Shown here piece by piece: positions 60,971 through 64,000 of a stretch of 64,000 nucleotides of DNA. The stretch is from Octopus sinensis (taxonomy: Eukaryota): NCBI RefSeq assembly GCF_006345805.1, contig NW_021831988.1:62001-126000 (forward strand). Direction: 5' to 3'. The notes beneath the pieces are model-generated. The model was given only the letters and a program-made list of their open reading frames with translations. It was not told where the DNA came from and made no database searches. A program made the translations under genes and the position numbers. How positions within the stretch are numbered: the first letter of the stretch is position 1; each line of letters opens with the position of its first letter.

Positions 60971-62592
60971 ATGTCGAGGTTGTACCAAGATGTATACAAT
61001 GCATACGAAGTCAACAGTGACCCCAAAATGTGCCGATTGCTACTAAAACTGAACCAAGATATCCCTACCAACGGAAAGTATACCTCAAATCAAAGTAGCC
61101 CATTTAATATGAGACTTTTTAATTCCTTCATAAATGATGACTTCATCTCCGACTCACTCAAACATTTCAACAAACTCGAGTTTTTATTTTATTTTTACAA
61201 CCAGACATTTCAACCAAGTGGAGTTGGCCAGTGAGCGAGATATCCGTTCTCTGTCCGCCTATGACCAGAACCTTCAAGACAAGGAAGAAAAAATATCCTC
61301 AAAAATCATATTTGACTTGATTAAAAAAGAACCCCCAATTAAATTAGTATTTTCAATCTGACTATTTTAGAATAAATCTACCGAGACTTCAACGGTCCCT
61401 ACTGAAGAGGGATTTTTGACTGCCAGACAAATGATGGAACCAAAAAATATTTCTTCTCACAAAAAACCCCAAAAAGCGAGTGACCCCTCAAATAGTGACC
61501 CCGTGACTAATCGACCCCCCATGATCGACTCAAAAATTGTCCAAATGATCGAAAACGAAGTTTGGTGGTGAAAATAACGAGATTATATTCCCTTCAAGTC
61601 ACGTGGGCTGGGATGACGTCATCGGTCTGGCACAAGTAAAAACAAAGATTCAAGAACTTATAATTTGGCCTATTTTACGACCGTATTAGCCAGTGGTGAT
61701 GTCCCAGTGATTTGTTTGTGGGACTGCGGGGACCTTCGAAAGGTCTGTTGTTGTTCGGTCCTCCGGGAACTGGGAAGACGATGTTGGGGAAGTGTATTTC
61801 CAGTCAGTCCAAGTCGACCTTCTTCTCAATAAGTGCGTCATCCCTTGTGTCGAAATGGGCAATGATTGTATGTGAGGGTGTAGTACGGGGAGAGCGAAAA
61901 GTTGGTTCGCGGATTGTTTATGGTGGCCAGAGAAAGACAGCCGTCAGTCATTTTTATAGACGAGATTGACAGTTTGTTGATGAAGAGGAAGGATGATGAG
62001 AGCGAATGTACTCGGAGGATTAAGACTGAGTTTCTTGTCCAATTTGTAAGTAGAATAGTCTTATTTGGCAAGGATGGGTTGGGAAATGACAGTAAAGAGA
62101 TGATTTTGGTGATAGGGGCTACTAATAGGCAATTATTCGGATCTGACTTGATAGACCACAGGACTTGGATGAGGCTGCCCGTAGACGTTTTGTGCGACGA
62201 ATGTATGTGCCCTTGCCCGATAGTCAGGACAGAATGGAATTGGTTTCAGTCCTTCTGAAGGACTATGACAATTCCTTGGACAATCAGGACCTTGAGGAGA
62301 TTGCCCGACGTTCAGAATGTTGTGGTATTTGAGTTATTAGTAGACTTTTCTGCTTCGGATATTACTGCGTTGTGTCGTGAAGCAGCGCTGGAGCCACTAA
62401 GAATGCTTTCGTCGGATCAAATAAGGAATACTTCTCGTGAAGAGGTATATGAGTAGGATTAGTTGGGAGATCAACCCGATCACTATTTCACATTTCAGAA
62501 AGGCATTCCAGGACTCTCGGTCTTCAATTTGCGTTGAGAGTTTAGCTCAGTTTGAACAGTGGAATGAACGATTTGGCTCGTGCCACTCCTAA
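60971..62592 (+). CDS. FIGNL1: Fidgetin-like 1 AAA ATPase
   Basis: [67 protein letters not shown] and C-terminal WNERFGS. Nine introns of 22-27 nt. Confidence 0.9.
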
Positions 62593-62949
62593 GATATGAA
62601 TAGTTTTGTTTCTGACTGTTTTCAGTATTACAAATACAATTAAATTTTGCACTCGTACATATATTAAGCAATTTTTGTTTTTCTGCTGTTTTTCAGAACT
62701 AATGAGGGCGCCGTGTGTGACTAGTGTTCAGTAAAAGGGTTTTAAAATGGCTTTTTGATTAAATATATGCATAACGAGTGCAGATGATTGCAATCTAAAT
62801 TACTGTCTTTACTTCTTTTAGCAAAATGAACTGAGGTGTTAGTAATGGTCATAGACAGAAACGGCTCATTGTTCTGTGTATTCGTTCTATCTTATCAGTG
62901 GAGGATCTAATTTATAATAAATTCATTAGATACTGTTTTTTTATTTCCA

Positions 62950-63730
62950 TTAGTACCCATATTTGCTGCCGATAGCTGACAGAAATTAAGAAAATAAAGC
63001 TGATTTAGGTTTTTTAAACTACAGTATAACCCATTTAAACTCTGCTCTGGACCGACATTATTGACCGGTGTAGAAAAGAGGCAGCATAATGAACAAGTCA
63101 TTAAATTTACTTATTACAAAAGAACGAAACATGAAAATTAATAAAAATCTTTCAATAAAGATTGCCCATATTTAACTTTGATGTAGCAATCGCTTATTGT
63201 TCGAACGAATTATCCTGTTTATGGGCAAGTGTTATTCAGAATTACTCTAGCTAATTAGAGAATCCGTTATTTTCCCAATATGAATATTTACATATTTTCT
63301 TTATCGGCATCAGTCTCATCCACAATTAAGCAAATCTTTTTATTAATTAACAAGCAGATTATCTCATCGATATGTCGTTCGGCCAAAATTTTGACATTAT
63401 TTCGACATTTGGATTCTGAATGTAACTCGAATTGCAGGATTCCTTAGTTTATATAAAGCAATATTTGTTGAAACAAATGCTTCAGTCAGATTTAGTTAAA
63501 AATCATTCGTATCAATAGTATTGGGAAGAAACGTTTGAATCGTCTTTTTGGATTCTTTTATATGTGAAATATGTTGTTGCGTAAATCTGTATTTTTAACA
63601 ACCGTTTCATATCGTATTTTACACAAATATCCCATAAATTATGATATAATGCTCCATTGGGGATAATCGAAAATTCATTTAGAAATTCTTGGATAAATCA
63701 TTCGAGTAGATAGATTTTTTCGACTTTGGA
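62950..63730 (-). mobile_element. hAT transposase relic (CGGBP1-like group)
   Basis: LTEAFVSTNIALYKLRNPAIR and KKICLIVDETDADKRKYVNIHIG, with many stops. Confidence 0.6.
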
Positions 63731-64000
63731 ATCACAACAACAATCCAATAATTAAAAATATTAAATTTAATATTTTTACATATATATTTAAAATCTTTAA
63801 AATGAATAAACTACACGTTCTACAGTTGTTAGCATGGTGGAAAATCGAAAACGCCTGTCATTTTTTCAAAAGAAGAAAATACTCGAATTTTATCATAAAA
63901 ATAGACATTACACACAGCGCGATTTATCCCTTTATTTCAATGTTTCTCTGGGCTGCATAAACAAAATTTTGAAAAATTCTGAAGGAATACTTAATGTTCA

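Noticed and set aside
1-64000. Alternative genetic code or programmed frameshifting to explain broken ORFs
   Set aside because: Every break in conserved genes is resolved by a short GT/GC-AG intron, and TAA, TAG and TGA all serve as true terminal stops.
1-64000. Prokaryotic systems (CRISPR array, defence operons) or ciliate/microsporidian origin
   Set aside because: No repeat-spacer array is present. The gene set (E-protein, Pins, Chibby, STIL, FBXO8, MRPL48) is animal-type and intron-rich.

Overview
AT-rich nuclear DNA from an animal with a highly reduced genome. About 18 protein-coding genes can be reconstructed by hand: Pins/GPSM, cytochrome b5 reductase, ZC3H10-like, an E-protein bHLH, GID8, PSMA3, GLMP/NCU-G1, Chibby, LARP4-like, PRCP, a miniaturised STIL, ubiquilin, FBXO8, MRPL48, FIGNL1 and a few orphans. 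They are split by roughly 80 spliceosomal introns, almost all 22-32 nt long (most often 25 nt), so the supplied ORF track fragments most genes. Splice signals are relaxed: at least 3 GC-AG introns, several GAG/AAG acceptors, and often no polypyrimidine tract. This suggests splice sites are chosen by length (a ruler). Micro-introns, animal-type genes and centriole genes (STIL, Chibby) best fit a dicyemid mesozoan; this is an inference. The standard genetic code is used. Intergenic DNA is full of nested transposon relics (hAT/Buster, pogo/Tigger, Tc1, Ginger2/TDD-like, MULE, RTE, Jockey/CR1-like, CRE and R4-like RLE retroelements, and a tRNA-derived SINE), plus a decayed 28S rDNA fragment. All homology calls are from recalled motifs, not database searches.
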